From the human T2T-CHM13v2.0 reference genome, Homo sapiens, in NCBI RefSeq assembly GCF_009914755.1, contig NC_060928.1: a stretch of 64,000 nt of DNA, one strand, 5' to 3'. The notes below the pieces were generated by a model that did no database searches, was not told the origin of the DNA, and saw only the letters and a list, made by a program, of their open reading frames with translations. Both the position numbers and the translations under genes were made by a program. This document shows, in pieces, positions 13,109 to 25,774 of this stretch (its first letter is position 1; every line of letters starts with the position of its first letter).

Positions 13109-16100
13109 ATTTTTTTTTTGCAACTTTATTTTAGGTTCAGGGGCAACTGTGCAGCTTTGTTACATGGGTAAATTATGTATCACAGGGTTTGGTGTACAGA
13201 TAATTTTGTCACCCAGGTAATATGTGTAGTACCTGGTAAGTAAGTTTTTGATTCTCACCCCACTTTCACCCTTCATCCTCAAGTAGGCCCCAGTGTCTGT
13301 TCTCTTCTTTGTGCCCTTGTGTATTCAATGTTTAGCATCCACTTATAAGTGATAATATGAGATATTTGGTTTTCTGTTCCTGCATTAATTCACTTAGGAT
13401 ATTGGCCTCTAGTTCCATCCATGTTGCTGCAAAGGACATGATCTTGTTCATTTTTATGGCTGCATAGTATTCCATGGTGTATATGTATCCCATTTTCTTT
13501 ATCCAGTCCCCTGTTGATGGGCATTTAGGTTGATTCTTGTCTTTGCTCTTGTGAATAGTGCTGCAGTGAAAATATTATGTGTGTGTCTTTATGGTAGAAC
13601 AATTTATATTCCTTTGGGTATATATCCAGTACTGGGATTGCTAGGTGGAGTGGTAATTCTGTTTTAAGTTCTTTGAGATATCTCCAAATTGCTTTTCACA
13701 GTGACTGAACTAGTTTACATTTCCAACAGCAGTATATGAATGTTTTTTTTCTCTGCATCCTCTCTAGCATGTAATTTTTTGACTTTTTAGTAACAGCCAT
13801 CCTGACTAGTGTGAGAGGACATCTCATTGTGATTTTGATTTGCATTTCTCTAATAATCAGTGCTGTTGAGATTTTTTGTCATATGATTGTTGGCCGCATG
13901 TAGGTCTTCTTTTGAAAAGTGTCCGTTCATGTCCTTTGCCCACTTTTTTATGGGGTTGTGTGTTTTTTTCTTGTAAGTATGTTTAAGTTCCTTATAGATG
14001 CCGGATATTAGAACTTTGGTGGTTGTTTGTTTACCTGTTGATAGTTTCTTTTGCTTTGCAGAAGCCCTTTAGTTTAATTAGATCCAATTTGTCAATTTTT
14101 GCTTTTGTTGCAATTGCTTTTGGTAACTTTGTCATGAAATCTTTGCAGTTCCTATATCCAGAATGGTATTGCCTAGGTTTTCTTCCAGGGTTTTTATAGT
14201 TTCGGTTTTTACGGTTAAGTAAAATCCATCTTGAGTTGATTTTTGTATGTGGTGTAAGGAAAGGGTTCAATTTCAGTCTTCTGCAGGTGGCTAGCCAGTT
14301 ATCTCAGCACCATTTATTGAAGAGAGAGTCTTTTCCCAATCAATTATTTCCGTCAACCGTACCAAAGATCAGATGGTTGTAGGTATTTGGCTTTATGGGT
14401 TTGTAAACCCATTCCATTGGTCTATGTGTCTATTTTTGTAGCAGTATCATGTTGTTTTGGTTACTATAGCACTCCAGTATAGTTCAAAGTCAGGCAGTAT
14501 AATGCCCTTGGCTTTGTTCTCTTTGTTTAGTATTGCTTTGGCTATTTGGGCTCTTTATTTTTTGTTTCCATGTGTATTTTAGAATAGTTTTTTTTAAGAA
14601 TAATTCTGTTAAAAATGTCATTGGTAATTTGATAGGAATAGCATTGAATCTGTCAATTGCTTGGGGCAGTATGCCCATTTTAATGATGTTGATCCTTTCT
14701 ATCCATGAATATGGAATGTTTTTCCATTTGTTTGTGTCATCTCTGATTTCTTTCAGCTGTGTTTTGTAATTCTCTTTGTAGACATCTTTCACCCCCCTGG
14801 TTAGCTATGTTCCTAGATATTTTATTTTTTTGTGGCTTTTGTGAATGGGATTGCATTCTTGATTTGGCTGTCAGCTTGGACATTGTTGGTGTATAGAAAT
14901 GCCACTGATTTTTGTATCCTGAAACTTTGCTGAAGGTGTTTATCTGATCCAGCAGCTTTTGGGCAGAGATTATGGGGTTTTCTAGATATAAAATCCTATA
15001 GTCTGTGAAAAGAGGTAGTTTAACTTCCTTTCTTCTTATTTTAATGGTTTTAATTTTGTTTCCTTGCCTGATTGCTGTAACTAGGGCACTATGTGGAATA
15101 GGAATGGTAAGAATAGGTATTCTTGTCTTGTTACAGTTCACAAGGGGAATGCTTGTGAACAGTTTTTGCCTGTTCAGTATGATGTTAGCTAGTGGTATGT
15201 CATAGATGGCTCTTATTATTTTAAGGTACATTCTTTCAATGCCATTTTGTTGATGGTTATTATGTTTAGAGATGTTGAATTTCATCAAAAGCTTCTTCTG
15301 CATTGAGATAATCATGTAGCTTTTGTTTTTAGTACTGTTTAAGTGATGAATGACATTTCTTGATTTGTATATGTTGAACCAACCTTGCATCCCAGGAATA
15401 AAGCCTACTTAATCATAGTAGATTAGCTTTTTGTTGTGCTGCTGGATTTTGTTTGCTAGTATTTTGTTGGGGATTTTTGTGTCTATGTTCATCAGTGATA
15501 TTGGCTGAAGTTTTCTTTTTTGGTTTTATCTCTGCCAGATTTTGGTATCAGAATGTTTCTGGCCTCAAAGAATGAGTCAGGAAGTCTTCCTCCATTTTTT
15601 TTTTTTTTGGAATTATTACAATAGGAGTGGTTTCCAGCTCATCTTTATATGTCTGGTAGTCTTTGGGTGTGAATCTGTCTGGTCAAGGGGTTTTTCTGGC
15701 TGGTAGGCTTTTTATTACTCTTCATTTTTGAAACTCGTTATTGGTCTGTTCAGAGTTTTAATTTCTTCCTAGTTCAATGTTGGCAGGTTATGTTTCCAGG
15801 AATCCATCCATTTCTTTTAGGTTTTCTAGCTTGTGTGCATTGAGTTGTTCATAACAGTCTCTGAGGTTTTTTGTTTTTTTCTTTCTCTTGGTTCGTGATA
15901 ATTTTTAGGTTTTGAAGGGAAGGCGAGGGTTAAAGATATATACAGAGAGAGGGTGGCTCAAACAGCAACACAGGTATATTGCAGAAACCTGCAGAAATGG
16001 AGGACTGGCTTAAGGCCAGAGCCACCACTGCTTACAGGCTGTACTTGTAGGTATGGGTGGGAGGAGTCTGGGCCATATGGTTTGCTGCCCGTCAGGATGT

Positions 16101-16520
16101 TGATAAGATGTTCCCATGTTGAGGCAGTTCTGGCCCTTGTTCCAGCAGAATGTGGTGTTCCTTGCACTTTCTCCCAGCAGAATATGATAGGGATGTTTCT
16201 TTAGTTGGGCCTTTGCCTAGCAGGATGTCATAGGGATGTTTCTTTAGTTGAGCCTTTGCCTTTAGCTGGGCCTTTGCCTGCCTTGTGGTCAGGTGATTAG
16301 GCAGGCTGTTTCTCATGGCCTGAACCCACATGAAATGTTTCACTTTGACCAAGGTCTGCAAAAAAGCAGGGAGCTTACATAACAATGCAGTTTGGACTAA
16401 CGGTAATGTCCCCTTGTCATTTCTAATCATGTTTATTTGGATTGTTTTTTCTTTCTTAGTCCAGCTAGCAGTCTATCAAGCTTATTTATTCTTTAATATA
16501 ACCAAGTTTTGGTTTTGTTG
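13109..16520 (-). mobile_element. 5'-truncated L1PA15/16-like LINE-1 (contains an LTR insertion)
   Basis: polyT + ttttaggttcaggggc 3' end; antisense ORF2 (ORFs 14490-14792 and 14737-15390: QGWFNIYKS...LFTDYRILYLENP). Confidence 0.9.
15903..16402 (-). mobile_element. Solo ERV1 LTR, MER84-like
   Basis: Minus strand runs gttagtccaaactgca...accttggtcaaagtgaaacat...aaccctcgccttcccttcaaaacctaa; flanked by ataat/gtaat 5-bp TSD inside L1 ORF2; family name recalled. Confidence 0.75.
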
Positions 16521-16521
16521 A

Positions 16522-17350
16522 TTTCAGCACAGAAGACTTCTGTGAGCAAATCTATGAGATTGTTTTCCTTGCACACCAAGCAAGCAGTCAATTCTGCAGT
16601 GAACACCAGCTAGATGTACTCCAATTCAATTCTGACACTATTTACCTGAAGATAACATTAGTCATAAGCCCTCAGCCCCTGGAACTTCTGATCAACCAGT
16701 TTCAAGTTGTCATTTCCACTTTGGGTTAAATTACTTTGCTAGGGAAGCTCACAGAGCTCAAGGAAACTTACGTTTACTGGTTCATTATAAAAAAATATTC
16801 CAAATGATACAGATGAAGAGATGCATAGGGTGAGGCATGTGGGAAGGGGCATAAAGTTTCCATGCCCTTTCTAGGTGCACCATCTTCCAGGAACCTCTGT
16901 GTGTTCAGCATTCCAGACACTCCCAACCCTGTCTTCTAGGGCCTTTTTATGGAGACTTCTTTAGATAGGCTTGATTGACAACCGTGTAGAAATGTGATTA
17001 GACAAAAAGGGTATCATCTTATGCTAATAGACTGAGTGGGGAAACCCAGCAAGGTTTGTATGTTCAGATTTTTCTTGGCCTCTCTGTGCAGCATTCCTTC
17101 CTCCAGGGTATGGGGCAGAATTTGTTCTGAAATGTGAAACTTATGACCTACAATCAGAAAGACAGGGGAAGATTAGTGTCTTGCCTTGGGTTGGTGAAAG
17201 GAGGGCAGGGGAAGGTCAGAAAGAGAGATTTTGTTTTCTGAGGTTTGCTTCTTAGGCCTAAAGTGCACCGTTATAATAAAGACTGTAACAAGGGCTATAG
17301 AGGTTGTGAGCCAGGGATTGTGGACAAAACCATATATATAAAATATCACA
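16522..17350 (-). mobile_element. MER21A LTR, 3' end truncated
   Basis: Minus strand starts tgtgatattttatatatatggttttgtccac...ctatagcccttgttacagtc; internal caattctgacactatttacctg on the + strand. Confidence 0.85.
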
Positions 17351-19410
17351 CATTGCTTTAGTTGCATACCACAAATTTTGATGTCTGTGTTTACATTTCT
17401 ATTAAAGCCAAATATTTTTTATTGTTACTATTTTTAAAAAGTTTTAATTGATCATTATTTGAGCATTTTAAAAAACTTTTATTCTAGGTTCGGGGGTCCA
17501 TGTGCAGGTTTGTTATATATGTAAACTTGTGTCACAGGGGTTTGGTGTACAGATTATTTCATCACTCAAGTACTAGGCCTACTACCCAATAGTTATTTTT
17601 TTTCTGATCCTCTCCCTTTTCCCATGCTCCACCTTTGGGTAGGTCCCCGTGTCAGTTGTTCCCCTCTTTGTGTCCATGTGTACTCATCATTTAGCTCCCA
17701 CTTTTAAGTGAGAACATGCAGTATTTGGTTTTCTGTTTCTGTGTTAGTTTGCTAAGGATAATGGCCATTAGCTCAATTCATGTTCCTGCAAATGACATGA
17801 TCTCATTATTTTTTATGAATGCCAAGTATTTTATAATTTCCCTTTTAACTTCTCATTTGATCCACAGATTTTTCAGAAGTGTTATTTAATTTCCAAATAT
17901 TATGGCATTTTCAGATTGTTATCATTAATTTCTAATTCAATTACATTATAGTCAGAGTACATTGTATAATTTTAATAATTTTAAGTTTAGGCTTGCTTTG
18001 TTGGGTTGAGTACTCTACAATGTCAGTTATGTCAAGATGGTTGATTGTGTTGTTTAAGGCTTATATACTCTTATTATTTTGTGTCTACTTAATCTATTAA
18101 TTTATTAAAATAAAGTGTTGAATCTGCAACTATAATTCTGGATTTGTCTCCTTATGGTGTTTTTCAGCTTTGCTTTATGTGTTTTGAATCCCTGTTTAGA
18201 GCATATATAAGTAGGATTACTCTGCCTTAATTGTCACATTTGACATTTTGAAATATTTATTTTAAATTCTGTAATATCCCTTTTTCTGAAGTGTATTTTT
18301 CCTGATATTAATATAGCTACTTCAGTTTCCTTTTGATTAGTATATGAATTTTTTCTAATTTTTAAAATCTTTTTATTTTTAATCTGAATCTTTATATTTT
18401 AAGTGAATTTCTTGTGAACAATATATGGTTTAGTCATGTTTTTTATTCAGTTAAAAAATGTTTGCTTTTTATTGGAAACTTTAGATAATTTACATGTAAT
18501 GTAATTATTAGTATGGTTCAGGCTAGGTTTACCATTTTCTTATTTGTTTTATTTTTGACCTGTATTTTCTCTTCTTCTCTTTACTCTTTTTCTGCTTCTA
18601 TTTGAGTTAGTCTGAATATTTTACAATTTTTGTCTTTAGCAATACTTCTGGATTTTTAACAAAATATCTGTCTTATTTCATTTCACTAAATGAAATCTAC
18701 ATTATTATAGTCTACTTTATTATCTATTATAATCTACATTCATATAAATTACATACTTCCATTTCCTCCTTCCAATCTTTTGTTCTATTGTTAGCACAAA
18801 CATTTTCTTACATGTTATAAACCTCAAAATACTATCACTATCTTTTTTAAAAAAACTTTAAAATGACAAAAATATCTGTTATATTTACTACATATTTACC
18901 ATTTTGGCACTCTTAAATTTCTCTGTGTGTATTGAAATTTCCAGGTGGGTTTATTTTCCTTCAGCTAGAATAATTACTTTTAACATTTCTTTAATGGAAG
19001 TCTGATGCCAAAAAATTGAAGATTTGACTTTTCTTAAAAAAATGCTTCCTTTGCCTTCATTTTTGAAGATTTTTTTTCCAGATGTAAAATTTTAGTTTTA
19101 TCATTTTTTTCTTTCATTACTTTAAAGAGGTCATTGCATTGTCTTTTCAAGTGCATGACTGTTGGTGTTTGAGGTTATTCTTATCTTTGTTTCCCTGTTG
19201 TGTGTAACATGCTTTTTTTCCCCCACTGGCTGGTTTTTCAGTTTTCTCTGTATTAGTAGTTTGAGCAATCAGATTATGATGCTCCTTAGTATAGTTTTAT
19301 TTGTGATTGTACTGCTTTTATTTAAAATCTTAAAATTGAAGGTATATAATTTTCATCAAATTTTGAAAAATTTTGACAATTATGTTTTTAAATATTTTGT
19401 TTCCTCTATT
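17351..19410 (-). mobile_element. Old L1M (ORF2 endonuclease / inter-ORF / ORF1 region), diverged
   Basis: cattgctttagttgcataccacaaattttg...aatttccaaatatt...ctgcaactataattctggatttgtc. Confidence 0.7.
17470..17830 (-). mobile_element. L1PA13-16-like 3' end fragment nested in L1M
   Basis: ttctaggttcgggggtccatgtgcaggtttgtta...gagaacatgcagtatttggttttctg. Confidence 0.85.
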
Positions 19411-19589
19411 CTGATAGTTGCTACACTAGATAGAAAGTGATAGACACAAAGTAATATATATAATACGCTGTGATATACTGCTTGTTTTCAGAAATAAAAA
19501 TAGTAAAAAAGCAATAATTTTGATATTGCAGTATGATTCTTGCAAATTGCTTTACCTATATTTAATATAATACTTAAAGAAATTGTAAA

Positions 19590-20020
19590 AATAAGTCCAT
19601 TTACTCTATTAGTTCATGATCTAATTGAGGGTGATTGACACAAAAGAAATAGCAATAATATGTTGTGATAAATTCTTTAATGGAGGTTTTCATTGTGCAC
19701 TGTGTAGCAAAAACAAAACTAAATGTCATTTATTGGGGTTGCTGGTCAGAGAAGGGTGGTGACATTTCAGCTGGGTATTAAAGTATGAAAATAAGTGTAC
19801 TAGTTAGAGAAATGGGGAAGAGAGATATGTTATATGGAGAGAAGAACATTTTTCTAATGCTCAGAGGTTTAAACAAGCCTTATTTTTTCGAGGAAATGAT
19901 GAGCCATTTACTGTTGCAGAAGCTGAAAAGCAAGAGTTTGTGAAGAAAGAAGTGTTAAATAAGCAGGTTTGCTGCAGACTGTGAAGGTCCTTGAGTGCTA
20001 CATTAACAAATTTGGATTTT
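19590..20020 (-). mobile_element. LINE-2 fragment
   Basis: gtcagagaagg...gtgacatttcagctggg...cagactgtgaaggtccttgagtgctacattaacaaatttggatttt. Confidence 0.6.
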
Positions 20021-21841
20021 GAAATAAAAGTAGTATATTGTGGTTCCTTTATATGGTGATTTATTTTATATGATATTAGGAGAATGGTGACTCAAGCAAA
20101 GTAGCAAGTAATAGTGGCATTTTAGCAACTTTGATACTGAAGTAGTTACAGGGGCACTCTCTTGTTTCCAATTTTTCAAATCTTTCTTAATTTTATACAA
20201 ACAAATAAGTATGCAGTAGGCTTTCATTTACATGCTTTTATGGTCACCTAAGTGAGGAACTGTGACAGATAAGCTTAGAGAACTGCCTTAGTCTTACTCA
20301 CATGGGACAGAATTCTGTCTTGGCCTTTTGAGTTTGAGATGTTTGGAATGTTGGTGACGTTTTTTAGTTCAATGATTTAATTTACTGAGCTAGGAAGGAA
20401 ATATCTGAAACTGGCATGAATTCTTGCCAAAAGATTACCTAGGGAAATATTAGATTTCCTGACTCCAGTCTCTATCCCTTTTAAACAGATAATTTAGAGG
20501 AGAATAAAAAATATTGAAAATTAATGGCAATTTTGAAATAGAATATTTGGTCAAAATCAAATTCATTTCATTAAATGCTTGAGAAGAATGCAATGAGTAA
20601 ATGAGGTATGAATAACTGTAAGATGGGACAATTACCACCTCAGAAACAATATATTTGTAAAGTTAATTCCTCTCGAACATGAACAATCCCCTTACACTTG
20701 ACCCCTTTCTATTGCCTCTTCCATGCTTGAACTCTCCTTGAACTTTGAAGATCCATCTTGAGAGTATGATACGGCCATCTCTTTTGCATCTGGTTATTTT
20801 AGCTCCAATTTGCAGCCTTAAATGGCAATTATGATGATATATTGCTCAAGTCACCCGACATGGATTAGTATCGGGATCAGCACATTTACGCACAGGAGTA
20901 GTGAATGGAGACTGCAGCTATGATTTTAAATGACTTGATTAATTCTGAAACAACATTTCAGAGTCCATTAGGTCCAGCAGGTGTTGGGGTGCAGACTATG
21001 CTTTTTCCGTAAGCAGCATATTTGATTAAAGTGCCAAAGTATTTTGGATTCATACATTATCTTTCCCAGAATAGTTTCCTTTCACTCTGTTAAATTTCCT
21101 AAACAGCCACCACTCCTCCTGAAAGAGATCTTCTTTCTGTTTTGTCTCTACTCAAGTTCTCTTGTGTCAGTTACTGACTGCCAGCTCTGTTTGAGCAACC
21201 TGAACAATGTGTTCTGTTCTTGTTCAAGAAGGCATTTACATGACAGAACTCCAAGTACCCCACCGCTAAAAGCTCCTGCTGACTCAGGTCAAAATAAGGC
21301 CAATTGTGCTGTTTATCCTAAGGGCCATTTTATCAGCAACTTGTGTCAAGGTTAGAAATGTGTCTGGTTAATGCCTTGGCTCAATGCTTTCTTTAACTAC
21401 TAAATATACATGTATATGACATTGGCATCTCCCGTCCTCCCTCCATCCCATCTGGGTGTCCCTGCTCTAATAAAATATGTAGGGCTGGGTTTTTTATTTA
21501 AGTTCTTTAGGGTTTTAAATTCCTAGATTCTTTGTTGATTTCCATGTATTCTAAAGTGATTTCTTTTAAAAATTCTTACAATGAGCCATGCATGCTTCAT
21601 TACTCTCAATTCTTTTCTTTACAACATAAAGAACATAACAATGGGTCTATAGTACAACATTTATAGAGAGATCGTAAAATGTGGTATACCATGAATTGTT
21701 CTGTCATCTGTTCCCCTGGTATAATGTACCTGTCTCTATTATAGTACAAATCAACATGTATTCTATCTATTTGTGTGTTACCACATTTGTCTTCCTTAGG
21801 AGTCACATCTTATTCTTCTATCTTTATGCCTATCATATATT

Positions 21842-21960
21842 TATCCGTCTATCCGTTCATCCATCCATCCACCATTCCATCCACTCACCCACTTATCTAT
21901 TCATCTATTTAACATATTTAGAGCCTCCTGTTATTATTATTACTATTATTATTGTTATTT
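21842..21960. repeat. Degenerate (CCAT/CTAT)n followed by (TAT)n microsatellite
   Basis: tatccgtctatccgttcatccatccatccacc...ttattattattactattattattgtt. Confidence 0.8.
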
Positions 21961-22123
21961 AGATAATCAATATTTTTAATTACATTGAATTCGTATGTTC
22001 TGGGAAGCCAAACAAAGAACAATAAAATATTTTGTCCCCGCTATCCTGATGGTTGCTGGATTAGACAGAAAATGATAGATACAAAGAAATATCTATAATA
22101 TGCTGCAGATAATACTGCCTTTA

Positions 22124-22461
<338 letters not shown>

Positions 22462-22611
22462 GGGAGGGAAGGAAGGAAGGAAGAGAGAGAGAGAGAGAGA
22501 GAAGAAAGAAAAGAAAGAGAAAGAAAGAAAAAGAAAGAAAGAAAGAGAAAGAAAAAGAAAGAAAAGGGAAGGGAAGGGAGAAAGGGAAAGAGAGAAAGAA
22601 AGGAAAAGAAA
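22462..22611 (+). repeat. Pure purine (GGAA/GA/GAAA)n tract, Alu tail-derived
   Basis: 150 consecutive A/G bases. Confidence 0.95.
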
Positions 22612-22624
22612 TAGGAAGCTGCAC

Positions 22625-22835
22625 ACTTGGGCACTAGAATCAGCTTTATCACTACTGGTTGAGTAACTTGAGGAAGTCACATAATCTCTCTTTGTGAGCT
22701 TTTTCATCATTAAAACATAGATGAAACTACTTATTCCACCCAGTTGATGGGGATGTTGAAAGGCTGAATAAAAGAATATAAATGAAAATATTTTGAAAAC
22801 CATACAACGATATATGTTGAGATGATGGTGAAGAT
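22625..22835 (+). mobile_element. MIR SINE
   Basis: gtaacttgaggaagtcacataatctctct...ttcatcattaaaac...aatgaaaatattttgaaaac. Confidence 0.65.
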
Positions 22836-23004
22836 GATAATTGAAAGTATATGGTTATGTTTCAGATGTGGTGTGCCTGGGAATAATGTCACCAATAGCA
22901 TAAGAATTAATGTCTACTATGATGCTGAAATAAATAAACTGGTAAAACTACTCTGCTGTCTAAATCCCCAAGTTACAAATTTACAGGTACATTTGATATA
23001 CTGA

Positions 23005-23407
<403 letters not shown>

Positions 23408-23734
23408 TAAAGATAGAATACAGATTATTTTAATGTTGAATGAACTTAAGTTACCTAATAATTTTCTATACTGGTTTAAAAATTGATATAATTTTATAGA
23501 ACTGCTCATATTACAGTTCTTTAATATATGATCTTAGAAATGGAAAGTTTCTCTATTCCTTTCATCTCTTTCTCCTTGCAAATTTTGAAACAACTGAGAG
23601 ATAGGATATAGGGATCAGACAAATAGAAATCCTTATTACTCACAACAGCTTGAATTAGTGAATATCGCTTTAAATTTATGTCCAGAGAGGGCTTGCTAAT
23701 ATATCACTTAATATGAACCTTTCCTATCTCCCAG

Positions 23735-23901
23735 AGCTGCCGGCTTCCCCTTGAAGGAATAGGAGTAGACCTGCTGAACTATCACATGAGAGAAGAGGCC
23801 CAAAAGCTTGCACACTACAGTCAAGCTGGCCCTTAAAGAGATGGACCTAGAAGATGCTGAGCCAGATGTACTCAATTACTTCTCCAAAATTCATCAATTA
23901 G
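23735..23901 (+). other. Candidate exon (167 nt) with strong-Kozak ATG at 23841
   Basis: cttaat branch + cctttcctatctcccAG acceptor; TAG|GTAAGA donor; gagATGG frame open to the donor (MDLEDAEPDVLNYFSKIHQL). Confidence 0.4.
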
Positions 23902-24499
23902 GTAAGACACTCTTCCCATGAAAGGAGGTAGCTGGGGGAGAGGCTGAAGTAATCCTTCCATGCTTTGTTTCCTAGGGAATAGAGTGGACATTTCCTGCTC
24001 AAGGTGGAAAATTGTGTAGTAATAAATGTCCTCAATACATAATTATCATCTATTACCCAGTGGGCAAATTCCACCACTGCAGAGATCCAGACTGCAATAC
24101 TAGAGGTAGCCAATATCTACACAACTCTCTGAGGAAGAGAAAAGGGCCTTTTTCTTCTATGTTTCTCCTGTAACCCCTATGGTACTCATATAGCAGACCC
24201 GAAAGAGTGCCAATATAAGAAAATCATGAAGTTACTCAAAAATCAGTCTTACTCTTTTGGTCAGGCTTTTTTCTTCTTTCTTCTTACATTCTGAAAAACC
24301 AAGATTATTGATTTCAAATGGCAGATGATCAGGTACTTTCAATGTGTTAACAGATGTCAGTAGTAAATTGTTCAATCACTGTTGAAATGGATGAAGAATA
24401 ACAACATTTTTTAGTACATGATATTTTGTAAATGTCATCATTTTGGCCTTGTGTTACTTTTCTAGGTAACACTTGGGTAGAAAAAACAGCTAATTGAAT

Positions 24500-24650
24500 T
24501 TTATAAATCTGGTTGAACATCTATTGTGTTCAAGCCATTATGCCAAGTGCTGTGAAAAATGCAAAAAGACTAAGACATACATAGTTCCTACGTATATATA
24601 TGAACAATTTCATCCATAGGCATTTATATTCTGGTAGAAATATACTGAAG
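24500..24650 (-). mobile_element. LINE-2 3' fragment
   Basis: ttgaacatctattgtgttcaagccattatgccaagtgctgtg...aagacatacatagttcct. Confidence 0.6.
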
Positions 24651-25370
24651 AAAATTCCAATACGGGGAAAGCAAAGATAGAATACAAAGTCCAAAGTAAA
24701 ACAGAACAAACCCTGAACTGCCTAGATTAAAAATAATGGAAAGGAGATGGAAAAAAAAAAAAAAAGAAAGGAGACGGTAGTTCTAAAGACATGTATTCCA
24801 GCTGGTGGGAGGTATATCTGAACAGATTGAACCACAGAATCCACCAAAGTATTATACAGCCGAACAATAGCACAAAGCCCTAAGAGCCAGAGAGGGAGCT
24901 TTGAATAGCTCAGCCAATCTTTCACTTTGAATGGATAGCATTGAGCAGAAGCTTCTTGGGCCTTGGCGCAGAGTGTGGGAGGAAAGAGGACATATTATTA
25001 ATATCTTATCCCTGAGCTTTAAAATGGGAACAATGGGCTGCTTATTCAAACTGAATTGAGATGACTGACCTGTTCCAAATAGGCAAGAAACTCTTAATTT
25101 TAAACCTAACCATCTTAATACCACAGAGTTTCCACAAATGGAATTACTTTGCAGAATAGCACACTGTCATTTCTTAATTTTTAAAGAAGTTTCTTTAAAC
25201 AAAACTAAAGCTCATGTCAATGCACAGTTTAGAAGAGAGACTTATGTCCTAGTGAAATTGCCAAACAGGACTCAAGCCTCCCTTGAAGATGACAATAGAG
25301 AAATAAATATATGCTAATTAAGTTTCTTATTTGTGCACTTTGCAAAATGTCAGCTCCCATCTCATCGTAG

Positions 25371-25650
25371 AATTATAGAATTCTTAAAGTTAGAAATGTT
25401 TTTTCAAATAATCCAAGAATAATCTCCCACTTATTTCAGTAATGTCTTCTCCTAAAGCATCCCTCATAGTCATAGGAAGCACATTTACCTTCTGAGGAAG
25501 CCACAGTTTGGCACTTTTTATGATTAAAAAGTTCTTTTTTTTATGGTGAGACAAAATCTACTACCTTGCAACTTCTATCACTAATCCTGTTTCTGACCTT
25601 TAGACAAAGACAGACCAAATCTACATTTATTCTTTGCATGACATTTTCCA
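25371..25650 (-). mobile_element. L3/CR1 LINE fragment
   Basis: attaaaaagttcttt...gagacaaaatctactaccttgcaacttctatcactaatcctgtttctgacc...catgaca resembles the antisense L3 3' region. Confidence 0.65.
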
Positions 25651-25699
25651 GGAGGGTATCTTAGAAATAATGTTTCTGTCTGTTTTATTTAATTACCAG

Positions 25700-25774
25700 T
25701 GATGTCCCATCCTAGTGCCACACACTCTTTTGAATCTTTTCCACATCTCCTTTCCCATACAACATTGTTGCAGG
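25700..25774 (+). other. Candidate exon (75 nt, frame-preserving)
   Basis: tgtttctgtctgttttatttaattaccAG acceptor; AGG|GTGAGT donor; open in phase 1. Confidence 0.25.
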
